From the NCBI RefSeq assembly GCF_004010195.1, contig NC_057728.1, forward strand, positions 47,588,166-47,652,165: DNA of 64,000 nt, read 5' to 3'. Below the pieces are notes generated by a model. The model was not told the DNA's origin. It ran no database searches and saw only the letters and a program-made list of their open reading frames with translations. The stretch comes from Chiloscyllium plagiosum (Eukaryota). A program made the translations under genes and the position numbers. Positions 36,399 to 49,628 of the stretch are shown here, piece after piece (within the stretch, counting starts at the first letter, position 1; every line of letters begins with the position of its first letter).

Positions 36399-36523
36399 TC
36401 GAGGAGAAAGCGAGGACTGCAGATGCTGGAGGTCAGAACTGAAAATGTGTTGCTGGAAAAGCACAGCAGGTCAGGCTCCTTGGATGCTGCCTGACCTGCT
36501 GCGCTTTTCCAGCAACACATTTT
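36399..36523 (-). mobile_element. 125-bp fold-back insertion derived from a Neptune PLE terminal repeat
   Basis: 14-bp TSD cagtctgcaaattt at 36385-36398 and 36524-36537; 38-bp inverted arms at 36439-36476 and 36489-36526. Confidence 0.8.
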
Positions 36524-39500
36524 CAGTCTGCAAATTTCCAAACCCTAATTTCCCTTGAGAATGTAAAATGATATTGAGCCAGCTTGAATACAACTGCATG
36601 GTTTGCTCAGCCATTTCAGAGAGCAGTTTTATAACACACCATTGCTGGGAATCTGAAGTCTGATCAAAACCAGAGCAGGAGTAGTTAACCTCCTCCTGTG
36701 GGGGATCCTTATCAGCAAATTTAAATATACTATATCCATCAGGTCTCTTCTAATTTTATTAGTAACATACTCAAAAAAAAACAAACAACTTTGTCAAACT
36801 GGCAGATCTGTATTTTATCCTTTGCTCCAATTTTGAATAGTCAGGTGGCATTTGTAAGTTTCCAATCTGCAGTCGTTCCAGAATCTACAGAACTTTAGGA
36901 TGTGGTTCCCATGCAACAACTACCTCAATAGCCATCACTTTCAATGTCTTGGAAGGTAGACTGAGGTCTTGGAGATTTATCAACTTTCAATCCCAATAAT
37001 TGCTGCAGTCTGACTTAGAAATGTTAACTTGCTTCAACTTCTCATTCTTTCTAGTCGCTTGGTTCTCTAATTCTGGGAGATTTCTTGTATGTTACCCGGC
37101 GAAAGCAGACACACTGTTGTCGTTTGGCTATTTCCCTATTCCCCATTACAAATCCTTGTGACATTGCTTTGAATGCACACGCATTTATCTTCGTCAAATA
37201 CTTTTTTGTTAATCATTTATTAAAGCTTTTTCCGATCTGTTTTTTGTGTGGCTTTGCACTCTTATTTTTCCGTTCCTTTATCAGTTTCTCGGTCCTCCTT
37301 TGTTGTGAAAGCTTCCCAGTCCTCTTAATAATGACTAGATCAGGACAGTTTCGATATTGAAGGATGATAAGATACTGTTTTTCTTGGAGCAGAGACTACT
37401 GAGCAGTGACATGAAATGTATACAATTATGTGAGGTATAGCATAAACAGGAAGGAACTATTCCCCTTGATGGAGGGATTGATCACCTGGGGGCATAGATT
37501 TCAGTTGAGGGGCAAGAAGATTTAGAGGAGATACAAGAGTATTTTTCATCGAGGGTGATGGAAGTCTGGAACCTGCTGCCTGTAATGGTGATAGAGACAA
37601 ATCATCATACAATTTAACATACTTAAATGTGCATGTGATTCCAAGGCATAAAGGCTATGAGCCAAATGCTGGGGAATGGAATAATAATAGGTGCTTGTTT
37701 TTGACTGGTGCAGAATTGGTGGGCTGAAGCTCCTTTGCTCTGTGCTGTAGACCTGAGACTGACTTCATAAAGCCTTTTTTCATTTTAATCTTCCACCGTC
37801 CTTAGCTTGACTGACCTTTAAGTTTGTGCACTTTGAAGAAACATAGTGGATGTTCAGCCATGGATTCTCCAAAGACTGTCCTGTGCTTTTGTATGGGCAT
37901 GCTCTTTCTCATGGATTTTCCCAATTCAGCTCAGCCAGCTTCTGTCTCATCTCTTCATAAAACTAGTTTAAACCAAGCCCAGCATGCAATAGTGGTCCCT
38001 TCATCTAGCTCATTAAAAATATAGTAAATAGTTTATCCCACGGTACTAATTGTGACAGTCAGCTAGTTGCGTTTGCCAACCTGAAAACAGCCCATTTCTT
38101 TTCTCCAACTGTTTTGTCAGTAAGCCAGTTCTCTCTTTCACCCAAAATGTTGTGGAAGCTTATCTTGTATATTCAAAAAATATGTGGTGCGCATCTAGTT
38201 TGATTCCCCTTATTCGCTGTTTGTCCATCCTCAAACACTCATTTGTCCAAACAAAATTGTGCCAAATTCTATTGGAATTTTGTAAGTATCTTGCTTCTCC
38301 ATTCTTAATAATTTTCTGGTGTTTTTCCTACCAGATGTTAGATTAACTTTCTTCATGCTTTTTCTGACCTTCCATAAGTGGTATTATACTTGCAGTTTTC
38401 CAGTTCACTGGCACCTTTACTGAATCCAGGGAATTTTAGAAGATTACAGCCAGTGTAACCTCTTGCACTCGCTTCTTTTAACACCCTAGGATGCAGTTTC
38501 AGGGGTCTTGTCAGTTTAGTCCAATCGCGTTTTCTGGGATGTTTTTTCTCTCATTTGTTTTAAGTTCCTCCATTTGCTTTTCTTTACTCTTCTTGGGATG
38601 CTTTTTGTCCTTTGACTCCTGAAGTTAGATGGAAAATACTTATTCAGAAGGTCTGCAAGTTACTTGTTTCCTAATAGTAAGTTCCCACACTTTAGCAGAA
38701 CAGTGCTTACTTTGGCTGCTCTTTAATGTTTATTTGTACAGAAAATTTTGCTGGCTGTTCCTGTGTTTCTCATTAGTTTTCTTGTGCTCCCATTTTCTTC
38801 ATCAAATTTTCATCCTCCTTTCCTAGTTTCTAAAATGTTGCTTATCTTCTAACAATCCTTGCATCTGGCAGCATTGGACGTCTCTCCTTTGATACCATTT
38901 TTAATTAGCCATGACTGATGCATCATCTTTTAGAATTTTCTTCAATGAATTATGAGGATACAAATGAATAATACATGGATAGAATGCATAATACAGCTGT
39001 TATATGTTGGAAAGTTTGTTATTAAATCTGTCATTTTTTTTGAATAAAGTCATAAACTTTAAGAAACCCTAAATAATGCACCAGTACTTGGTTGTTTTGT
39101 GCATGTTGTGGCATTCAAGCCTTCTGTATTTAACGTTTGCTTATGGTTTGAACCTTAAAGAAAAACAATTTAACTGCCTATCAATGTTTGCATGACAATC
39201 TGCTGTATTCAAATTGTGCATTGTTTAGTCTAAAGATCTAATACTCTACTCCAGTTGCTTATTGTGTGGCCTGAGTCTAAAGATCTAATTCATTCTTCCA
39301 GCTGGCTATGATATGTCCTGAAATATTTTGTCTACTTTTTTTTGGGCCATCAAATAAAAATTAACATAGGTTTAGAACAAGTAACTATTTCCTCAAGATT
39401 TTTATTTGGTATTTATTATTTTGGATGGGACCATTCTTTTTTTAAACGTTTGTGACATGAGGGCCAAATTATTCTATGCGGAATCTTTTGCATTTAAATA

Positions 39501-39555
39501 ACGTTTTAAATGCCTTTTTAACATAATGTTTGATTCTGAAATAACTTTCTTTCAG

Positions 39556-40113
39556 GCTAACAAGAGTATCCGGTTGGATGGCTCATCTAAACATGTGGCA
39601 GTCTTAAAGAAACAGTCTGCTGAATATATAGCTATGGAGAAAAAACGTTTGCAGCAACTTGAATATGAGTATCGGCTGAAGATTCAAAAACTGAAGGAGG
39701 CGCAAGCTTTAAGGAATGCAGGGCAACCTGATAGTTTGCAGGGGATAGAGGAAGAGCGTGCATTTGTGGTTTCGCAGCCTTCTCTGCATGACTTAACACA
39801 AGATAAACTTGCTCTTGACACTGAAGAAAATGATGCAGAAGATGAAGTGCAGTCTCCATCTCTAAGGGAACGAAGGAGGTCGTTCCGGGATTCGAACTCT
39901 TTTACCAAGCCAAATCTCAAGCACAAAGATCTAACTCAGGGGAAAGAAACTTTAAGTAAGCCTATGAAGAAAAGCTTTGATGAACCTGAGCTGTTTCTTG
40001 GGCTCAATATTGATGACCTCAAAAAGCTTCATGGGGAGGCAGACGACTTGAAAACATTGCTTCAGAAAACTTCACTTTCAATGACTTCCAGAGAGAAACC
40101 TTTGTATGGTCAG
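39556..40113 (+). CDS. ZFC3H1: ZFC3H1 coding exon (14th visible)
   Basis: AMEKKRLQQLEYEYRLKIQKLKEA...QPSLHDLTQDKLALDTEEND...RERRRSF..FTKPNLKH..PELFLGL; phase 0/0. Confidence 0.94.
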
Positions 40114-40744
40114 GTTAGTAGAATGAAATTGGTGCCTGTAACTCAAAATAATGCAAAAAACTGTAAATGTATGAAGCTGTTATCAGTAAATTTGATTTTT
40201 CTTTGCAAAATAATAGTGACATTAAGTGCAAAGTGAGTCTTGCATTTTATGTAGTTCCTTTCATAAATTCAAGACTACCCAGGTAGTCACTGTTGTGATA
40301 TAAGGAGTCTGGCAGCCAATCGCTACACAGCAAGCTCCCATGAATTTTATCATGACCAGATAGTTTGTTGTCTTTGACAGTTAAATAACAGCAGAGCCCA
40401 GTAACTGCTCTTTGAAAAAAAAAGTACCTTGTGATCTTTAATGTCTGCCTAACAGAGGTTTTGATTTAATGTCTCATCTGGAAGTCAACACCTTTCAGCA
40501 ATGCAATATTTCCTAAAAACTGCATGGTTGATGTGAACTTAGTTAGTCTTTGTCCGAGCATCTCTGGTGTGGAAATTGAACTCGCAACTTTGACTTTGGA
40601 GGTGAAATGCTACCCACTAATCCAAGGGTTAGTAATTGTAAGTTTGATCTTTTTCTGTCATTCTGTAATTAATTCAAGTTGTAACATGGCACATCATGGC
40701 TGAAATGATTGCACTGAACTTGAGAAATGCTAGCTAGTCAGAAT

Positions 40745-41350
40745 CAGTTATACAGCATGGAAACAGGCCCTTTGGTCCAACTCACATGCGCTGACCAGAT
40801 ATCGTAACTTAATCTCGTCTCATTTGCCAGCATTTGGCCCATATCCTTCCAAACCCTTCCTATTCATGTACCCATCCAGATGCCTTTTAAATGTTTAATT
40901 GTACCCACCTCAACCACCATCTCTGACTGCTCGTTCCATGTATGCATAACCCTCTGTGAAAATGTTGCCCCTCAGGTCCCTTTTAAATCTTTACTCAGGT
41001 TAAACCTATGCCCTCTAGTTTGGACTCCTCTGGGAAAAAGATCGTGGCTGTTCACACTATCTGAAGAATGGCTTACATTTTATCTTGTTCCTTTCATGAA
41101 CCTCATGATTTCATTAACCTCTTTAAGATCACACCTCAGCCTCTGATGCTCTAGAGAAAAAATAGGTCCCAGTCTCTCCCTGTAGCTCAAACCCTCCAAC
41201 CCTGGCAACATGCTTGTATATCTTTTTTTGAAACCTTTGAAGTTTCACAACATCTTTCCTAGAGCAGAGACCAAAATTAAACATTGCTTAGGCCACTTTT
41301 GGAATACTATGTCCTATGCAACTGGGACATGACGTTCCACCTCTGTATTC
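40745..41350 (-). mobile_element. CR1-type LINE 3' fragment
   Basis: Reverse complement of the CR1 ORF2 end and 3' tail. Confidence 0.7.
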
Positions 41351-42677
41351 AATGTATTGAATACATGAGTGGTTGGATTCCACTAGAAAAAGACCAAAAC
41401 TTGACCTTGGGAAATAAGGCAGAGCAAATGACTGATGTGTCAGTGGTGGAGCACTTTGGGCAGTGATTATAATTCCGTTAGTTTTAAAATAGATGGACAA
41501 AAGGATAGACCTGATTCAAAAGTTAAATTCTGAATTGGAGTGAGACCAATTTTGATAGACGAATTTTCAAACGTTGGCTGGGGGAGGTTATTTGTTTGCA
41601 AGTAAGGCAGTGGTTGGAAAGTGGAAGGTTTGCAAAAATGAGTGTATTCAGACTATGTTAGTGTGAAAGGCAAGGCTGGTAGGTGTAGGGAGTGCTGGAT
41701 GACTAGAAAAATTGAGGCTGTTGTTAAGAAATTGAAGGATACATAGTCAGGTATAGACAGCTGTGATCGAGTGAATCCTTAGAGTATAAAGGCATTGGAG
41801 TATACTGAAGAGGGAAATCAGAGGACAAAATGGACATGGGAGCGTTTTGACAAAGTGTGAAGGAGAATCCAAAGTCGACAAATACATAGAGTAAAAGTGT
41901 AACTAGAGAAGGATAAGGCCTCTTAAAGGTCAGTGAGGTTGTCTGTGTGGAATCACAGGAAATGGGTGAGATGCTAAACAAATATTTTCAGTTTTTCCTG
42001 TGGAGAAGTCCAGTGATGGCATTCAAGAAGTAGACTTGTTTCCTTCTGATGAAATATTAAATTAAGGTCTGAATATTGCTTGCATATTTGATTAGACTTT
42101 TAAATGAGAGTTTTTAGGTTTTGGAGCTAGTTTCTCCAGGATGGTAGGTTTGTTCAGGTATAAATATGGGGCAGTTGTGAAGTTCAACTTCTGAATTATT
42201 GCACATGGAATGAGCTTCCAGAAAAAGTGGCGGAGGCTGGTACAATTATACTATTTAAAAGGCGTTTGGTTGAGTAAATGAATAGGATGGGTTGGGAAGG
42301 ATATGGGCCAAATGTTGGCAAAAGGGACTAATTAATTTAGGATATCTGGTTGGTATGGACGAGTTAGATCACAGGGTCTGTTTCAGTGCTGTACAGCTTT
42401 GTGACTTGCTAACTGCAAATGCTAAATTCTTAACATATCCAATATTAAACCTGGCAAGAATACAAAAAGGCATCATGGTTTACAACATATTAATGCTAGT
42501 ATTTTCGAAAATGTTTTGTTTACAACTTTGTTTTAACTGGCACTCTTGATAAACCAGCAAAAATCTCAGATGTTTACTATCATAATATCTGCCATGTCCA
42601 AGTAGTCTGTTGCAGATGTGAGTAAGTTTTATTTAAAGCAAAGTTGTATTGTTATTTGTGCTTTATGCTGTAAATAG

Positions 42678-43005
42678 GTGACATAGTTACTAAGTGGTTA
42701 ACACTGCTGCCTACCAGCACCAGGGACCCAGGTTTGATTCCTGCCTTGGGTCACTGTCTGTGTGGAGTTTGCATGTTCTCCCTGTGTCTGCGTGGGTTTC
42801 CTCCGGGTGCTCAGGTTTCTTCCCACAGTCCAACGATGCGCAGGTCAGGTGAATTGGTAATGCTAAATTGCCCATAGTGTTAGGTGTATTAGTCTGGGGT
42901 AAATATAGGGTAGGGGAATGGGATTGGGTGGGTTACTCTTCAGAGGGTCGATGTGGACTTGTGGGGCCAAATGGCCTATTTCCACACTGTAGGGAATCTA
43001 AAATC
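42678..43005 (+). mobile_element. HE1-like V-SINE
   Basis: tRNA-like head and V-domain tgtgtggagtttgcatgttctccctgtgtctgcgtgggtttcctccggg, followed by a CR1-derived tail. Confidence 0.8.
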
Positions 43006-43450
43006 TTTTTAAAAATTACAACAGTGATAGTTATACCCCATGCATTACTATTGTAATAGTGTGTTTTTACCTTGATTGTTTATACATCTTGATTAACCAG
43101 AATATTTGACTACCTGCTACACTCCTGGTCCCACAGGTGCCAGTTAATAAAAGGTTTGCCTTCAAATTTGGTATTTTCGGATATAAATCTTTAAGAAACT
43201 AAACGTGGAAATCTAGGTGAACTGGAAATTTCCATCACTCGCGGTATTTCTCACTTGACCAAGAATTCACTAGGAGGAAATCTTGCATTGACACTTATCA
43301 GTGTAACTGCAATTTCTTTGGAAGGTTGATGGCTCAAAATTATCTATTAGGTGTGTTAACCCTATCGTGGTACTTAAGTTGCAAATAACAACGTTTTTTC
43401 TTTCCGTTTATAAAATACTTTTTGTACTTTTTGACAAGATGTGTCTTCAG

Positions 43451-43560
43451 GAGATTCCAGTGGACTTGGATGTAGTATTGGCACAGTCAAGACAAACTGA
43501 TTTGAAACCAACTGCCTTTGGTCCATATAATAGCCCACTTTTGGTCTTCAAATCTTACAG
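43451..43560 (+). CDS. ZFC3H1: ZFC3H1 coding exon (15th visible)
   Basis: EIPVDLDVVLAQS...PYNSPLLVFKSYR; phase 0/2. Confidence 0.92.
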
Positions 43561-44184
43561 GTATTAATTTTTTTTAAATTGGCTTGTTTAGTACTCATTA
43601 GTACTTGTACTGGTAAGCAGAGACAATCCTGATAAAACTGTTGAGTTGGAATTTAAAATACAAAGGTGAAAAATGTGCATTTTACTTTGAGATAAACCAG
43701 ATTGGTAAAAGCGGAAAGTTGCATTTGACTTGCACAAAACCTCTTGCATTCACCAAGCCCCCCAAGAACTCGAGCAGAGGTGAGGAGAGATCTTGAGGGT
43801 TTTTCAACTTTGTCCTTTATCTCACGAGATGGTGGAGGTGGGTCATTTAATATCTTAAGGTAGATTTAGATAATCGTGTTGGCCAAGTAATTTGGAGATT
43901 ATACAGAGTAGATGGGAATATAGAATTCCAAACACACAGATCATCCATTATCTTATTGAATTGTGGTGCCAGCATGAGGAACCTGGTATTTTAAGTACGT
44001 CCAGTTGTTTCTTAAATTTGCAAAAGTATCTGCTGCCAGCCACCGTCTCAAGCAGCACATTCCAGATTTCTGCCAGCCTCTGAAAAATGCTTTCAGATCT
44101 CCCGTAAGCTACTTGCTCTTTACCTTTTAAACGTATGTCCTCTGCTCTTAGACACATTTACCACGGGGAAGAAGTTCACATGAT

Positions 44185-45737
44185 CAAAGAAGATTTGTGA
44201 GGGCAGAGCAGTAGATGTGATCTATATGGACTTCAGTAAGGCGTTCGACAAGGTTCCCCATGGGAGACTGATTAGCAAGGTTAGATCTCATGGGATAAAG
44301 GGAGAACTAGCCATTTGGATACAGAACTGGCTCAAAGGTAGAAGACAGAGGGTGGTGGTGGAGGGTTGTTTTTCAGTCTGGAGGCCTGTGACCAATGGGG
44401 TGCCACAAGGATCGGTGCTGGGCCCTCTACTTTTTGACATTTACATAAATGATTTGGATGCGAGCACGGCGGCACAGTGGGCGGCACGGTGGCACAGTGG
44501 TTAGCACTGCTGCCTCAGCGCCAGAGACCCGGGTTCAATTCCCCGCCTCAGGCGACTGACTGTGTGGAGTTTGCACGTTCTCCCCGTGTCTGCGTGGGTT
44601 TCCTCTGGGTGCTCTGGTTTCCTCCCACAGTCACAAAGATGTGCAGGGCCAGGTGAATTGGCCATACTAAATTGCCCGTAGTGTTAGGTAAGGGGTAAAT
44701 GTAGGGGTATGGGTGGGTTTCGCTTCGGTGGGTCGGTGTGGACTTGTTGGGCCGAAGGGCCTGTTTCCACACTGTAATGTAATGTAATCTAATCTAATCT
44801 AATCATAAGAGGAACAGTTAGTAAGTTTGCAGGTGACACCAAAATTGGAGGTGTAGTGGACAGTGAAGAGGGTTACCTCAGATTACAACAGGATCTGGAA
44901 CAGATGGGCCAATGGGCTGAGTTATGGCAGATGGAGTTTAATTCAGATAAATGTGAGGTACTGCATTTTGGGAATGCAAATCTTAGCAAGGCTTATACAC
45001 GTAATGGTAAGATCCTAGGGAATGTTGCTGAGCAAAGAGACCTTGGAGTGCAGGTTCATAGCTCCTTGAAAGTGGAGATGCACATAGATAGGATAGTGAA
45101 GAAGGCGTTTGGTATGCTTTCCTTTCTTGGTCAGAGTATTGAGTACAGGAGTTGGGAGGTCATGTTGCGGCTGTACAGGACATTGGTTAGGCCACTGTTG
45201 GAATATTGCGTGCAACTCTGGTCTCCTTCCTATTGGAAAGATGTTGTGAAACTTGAAAGGGTTTAGAAAAGATTTACAAGAATGTTACCAAGGTTGGAGG
45301 ATCTGAGCTACAGGGAGAGGCTGAACAGGCTGGGGCTGTTTTCCCTGGAGCGTTGGAGGCTGAGGGGTGACCTTGTAGAGGTTTACAAAATTATAATGGA
45401 TAAGATAAATAGACAAAGTCATTTCCCTTGGTTTGGGGAGTCCAGAACTAGAGGGCATAGGTTTAGGGTGAGGGGGGAAAGATATAAAAGAGACCTAAGG
45501 AGCAACATTTTCACGCAAAGGGTGGTACATGTATGGAATGAGCTGCCAGAGGATGTGGTGGAGGCTGGTACAGTTGCAACATTTAAGAGGCATTTGGATG
45601 GGTATATGAATAGGAAGGGTTTGGAGGGATATGGGCCGGGTGCTGGCAGGTGGGACTAGATTGGGTTGGGATATCTGGTTGGCATGGACAGGTTGGACTG
45701 AAGGGTCTGTTTCCATGCTGTACATCTCTATGACTCT
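44185..45737 (+). mobile_element. CR1/HER1-type LINE, 5'-truncated, relatively young, interrupted by a SINE
   Basis: Encodes [17 protein letters not shown]...[34 protein letters not shown] and LEDLSYRERLNRLGLFSLE; intact 3' tail. Confidence 0.9.
44466..44803 (+). mobile_element. HE1-like V-SINE nested in the LINE
   Basis: A/B boxes (tggcacagtgg, gggttcaattcc), V-domain, and tail ending (aatct)n. Host RT reads gatgcgagca|taagagg across it. Confidence 0.88.
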
Positions 45738-47475
45738 ACTGTCCATGTGTCAATTTTGTATATCTCAATCAGATCCCCTCCCTCAGCCTCCTCTGCTCCA
45801 AGGAAAGCAAACTCAGCCTATCCACCCTCTCCTCAAAATTAGAGTTTTTTATTCTGCACCTCACTCTGGTGAATCTCCTCTGCACCCTCTCCAGTGCAGT
45901 TATGTCCTTCTGATAATATGGTGACCAGAGCTGAACAGTGTTCCATCTGTGGTGTAAAAAGGTCTTTTGCAATAAGACTTATTTGTTCCGATCATTAGCT
46001 CTGGCTAATGAAGAGAAGCAGTCCATATGTTGTCTTCACCATCATGTCTACCTGTGCTGACACGTTCAGGGATCTATGAACTTGTACACCAAGGTTCCTC
46101 CCCCCTCAAAAAATGCGCCACCTTGCTCTTATCAGAATTATATTCCATATTTGCCTTGTGTGGTGCATTTAATATTTTTCAGAAGTTTTGTTCAGTGTCA
46201 AATTAGCTTTCTTTTGACCTCGTTATGCAATTAAAACAGTGTAATAGGAGTAGATGTATGCTGATTTCAATCAAAACTATTAATTGTTTATTAAGGGCAA
46301 TATGTGCCCATCAGTTTGACGGCTTCATCCAAAAATGGGCACCATATAGTCAGTGTCACGTATTCTCCATTATACATTTGTAACAGTTGTCTCTCTAATT
46401 AGACTTTTGCACATTTCATAGAAGTGGATGCAGAGAACAAGGAAGAGAAATTAGTTGGGTTATCCAATTGTTTTGCCAAGAATGAGGCTAAAAAGCTTTG
46501 GAAGAGCAAAATTAGAGGCTGCAAGATGAAGGAGGAAATTGTAAATTCCAAGTTATAAAGTCAGCTTGGTCAAACTGGATGCCAAAGCTGTGCATAGTCT
46601 GGTTGAGCCCAAGACTGATTGAAAAGAGATTAGAATTAATGGCCAGATTAAGCATTTTGGGGACGGAGCCCAGGGTAGTTCTATTATAAATCCCAGTGTT
46701 AAACTGGAAGAAATTGCGACAAAATATTAGTTTGACCACAGTAAATAACTGGTTATGGTAAGAACTTGACAATGTGTCCCCAACTTGCCTTCCAACAACA
46801 CCACAGTTGGTTCATGTGCAATAGATATTTAGTATTTAATGAAATTGACTCTGTCACACAGTTGTGTATCAACTTTTTTTAAAAGCAAATAGGTAATCTG
46901 CACTCAGGATAATTGTTTTTGTGAACTCAGGCAATGCTTATAAACTGAAGTAAGGCTTACTAACTTAGAAGAGGTACAATGTTGTGTGAGCAATAAAATA
47001 TTTTCTGCAATACATTTATCCTACTTTTTTAAAAAATTGCAGATTCATGTTGGAGAAATGCATTTTCATAGTTGTTTTAGCCTATTAGTGGGAATTCAGC
47101 TATGTTTCTTAATTTAATGTTGAACTATTTTAGCATTTTAATCATGTAGTCTTCATATTTGATTTGATATGCTGAAGAAGGAGAGCTGCAGTAATGTTAA
47201 TCACAATTTTTCTGTATAACTTGTAGTCTAATTGAAATTTGGTGCAAGGCATGTTTTGACATTGGTAGTAGTTGACATTCTTAAAGTATAAAGCTCATGA
47301 ATCTTCAAATTGTTGCAATACGTAAACTTATTTTCTCAAAGTTATGCATCAAATGCTGTAATTCTGCTGACTGAAGTATTCTGTAGAACATAGAACAGTG
47401 CAGCACAAAAACAGACTGTTATGGTCAGCACAGACAGTGTGGGTCAGAGACTATCTAGATTAATCCCACATAATG

Positions 47476-47810
47476 CAGCATGGTGGCTCAGTGGTTAGCA
47501 CTGCTGCCTCACAGCACCAGGGTCTTAGGTTCGATTCCAGCCTTGGGCGACTGTTTGTGTGGAGTTTGCACATTCTCCCCATGTCTGTGTGGATTTCCTC
47601 CAGGTGCTCCGGTTTCCTCTGGGTGCTCCGGTTTCCTGTGACAGTCCAAAGATGTGCAGGTCAGGTGAAGTGGCCATGCTAAATTGCCCAGAGCAATAGG
47701 TGTATTAGTCAGAGGGTAGTAGGTCTGGGTGGGCTACACTTTGGAGAATCGGTGTGGACTCGTTGGTTGAAGGGCATGTTTACACATTGCAGGGAATCTA
47801 ATCTAATCTT
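47476..47810 (+). mobile_element. HE1-like V-SINE
   Basis: tggctcagtggttagcactgctgcctcacag...ggttcgattcc..., V-domain, then aatctaatctaatct. Confidence 0.82.
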
Positions 47811-48596
47811 ATGCGCACACGTGGCCAAATTCCCCCCCTCTTTGCCTATTCATATCTCTGAGTCTCCAAATAGAGCCCGTGCACTCACTCCTTTTTAACA
47901 GGTTCCACCTTTGTCCTGTACAGGACAATGTTGTCGAGATTATCTGGTGAAGGGGGTTTAGGGTACAATCCTATGTACAACTCGAGGGAAGGTGTTGGGG
48001 GAGCAAGAGGGTGGGTGGTAAGTCATTTGGAGATAGTACCTGGACTCCCATCAGTCCAGGACTGTTCTCAGCAACGTTCCAGTAAGATAAGTTCACTTTT
48101 AATCACTGTAAACAAAAGACACTGCCAATGTTGGAAACACGTCTTTGATGAAATGTTTCTATCAGGACCTTGAGATCTCCTTCAGATAATCAGAGATTTG
48201 GATCATCGAGGTTCCTTTGTAAAGAGCTCAATATCCCTACTTGCAAGTACTGCAGTTGTCAAAGAAAGCACCTCACCTCTCCGAGGCAGTTAGGGATGGG
48301 CAATAAATGCTGGCCTAATCAGAGCGATAACTGAATATGTTAGTTCACTCTTACAAAATTGAGTGCTGCAGTGATGATTTGCTGTCAGATTAACAAATCT
48401 GTAGAGTTTATGCTTAAAACAGAATGAGATGAAAAGTTAACCTTGATAAATCTGCATGTTTGAAATTGACAAAAGGCTAACTGAAGTGCTTTATAGATAA
48501 GGTGATGTAAAACTGTGTGCATTTCTTCCTAAGTTTTCAAAGGCTGTCAAAGTTCAATGTGTATTGTTTTCATATGCTTAAACCTCTTTTCTGCAG

Positions 48597-48728
48597 GTTC
48601 AGTCCTTACTTTCGTAACAAGGAAAGGCTTCTGATTAGTTCAGTCTCCTATAGCAACTTGATTGACCCCAAACAGAGTTTCTGTCGTTTCGATTTAACTG
48701 GTACATGCAATGATGATGATTGTCAATG
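48597..48728 (+). CDS. ZFC3H1: ZFC3H1 coding exon (16th visible), C3H1 zinc finger
   Basis: FSPYFRNKERL..SSVSYSNLIDPKQSFCRFDLTGTCNDDDCQW; the final His is supplied by the next exon; phase 2/2. Confidence 0.94.
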
Positions 48729-49194
48729 GTGCGTATATTGCTTGATCATAAAAGAATATTACATTTTTAAAAATCAGTAGTGCAGTAATAAGTAACTAAA
48801 GACTGGTCGTCCGATCTAGCACAAACATTAGCATGTCCTACTCTGTTTATTTGCAGTAAGAATTATAAATGCTCTATCTTTAAGATAGGAGTATTGGAAG
48901 CTCCCTTCAAAATGCTATTTAAAAATATTTAGTTTGAATGAATTATTTGTTCACTAGAGTATCTGTGAAGTTTGCAATACTTAAGGATTGGAAAGTCAGC
49001 TCTGTGGTTTAGTTAAGGTTTATTTTCTGAATAGCAACAATTTTGCATTCTGGTTTTTAGTGCAAATAGAACCTAAAGTTGAGCGTTGTCTTTTGTACAA
49101 GTTGATTTGCACCTATTGCAATATTAGGCTTGGTAAAGTGAAGGGGTAAAGCTTTACAAACCTATTAAACTTTTGAATTTTTTTCTCCCTCTAG

Positions 49195-49316
49195 GCAGCA
49201 CATGAGAGATTGTATTTTAAATCAATGCCAGCTGTTTCAGGATCTTCTCTCCTACAATTTGTCTCTGATAAAATGTTCAGATTTTAGTACAGATGAAGAA
49301 ATCAGGGTTGCAGCAG
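49195..49316 (+). CDS. ZFC3H1: ZFC3H1 coding exon (17th visible)
   Basis: QHMRDCILNQCQLFQDLLSYNLSLIKCSDFSTDEEIRVAA; phase 2/1. Confidence 0.92.
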
Positions 49317-49526
49317 GTAATGAAGTTGCTGTACGGGCTAGATGTTTGTGGAGTGCTTTAACTTAACATGCAAAGTACTGGCTTTGTGGCTGTATGACTG
49401 TACAAAGTGCGATCTCCGTATTCATTTCTTTTCTTAATGTTACACGTAACATTTCTAGTTGAAGGTACTTCATTCTGAAGTGGGAATTGGAAGCATAAAA
49501 CTAACTGATTTCTTATTTATATGAAG

Positions 49527-49628
49527 AAAATTACGTGGATAAACAGTTCGGCAAAAACAAAGATCGTATGACCACAGATGAGATGGCTGTTCTGCTTGTT
49601 AGCCAAGTGAATGAGAGTACTGGTCATA
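49527..49628 (+). CDS. ZFC3H1: ZFC3H1 coding exon (18th visible)
   Basis: ENYVDKQFGKNKDRMTTDEMAVLLVSQVNESTGH; AAG acceptor with upstream CTAAC; phase 1/1. Confidence 0.9.

Noticed and set aside
44480..44550. tRNA gene
   Set aside because: The A/B boxes belong to the tRNA-derived head of the SINE; no complete cloverleaf.
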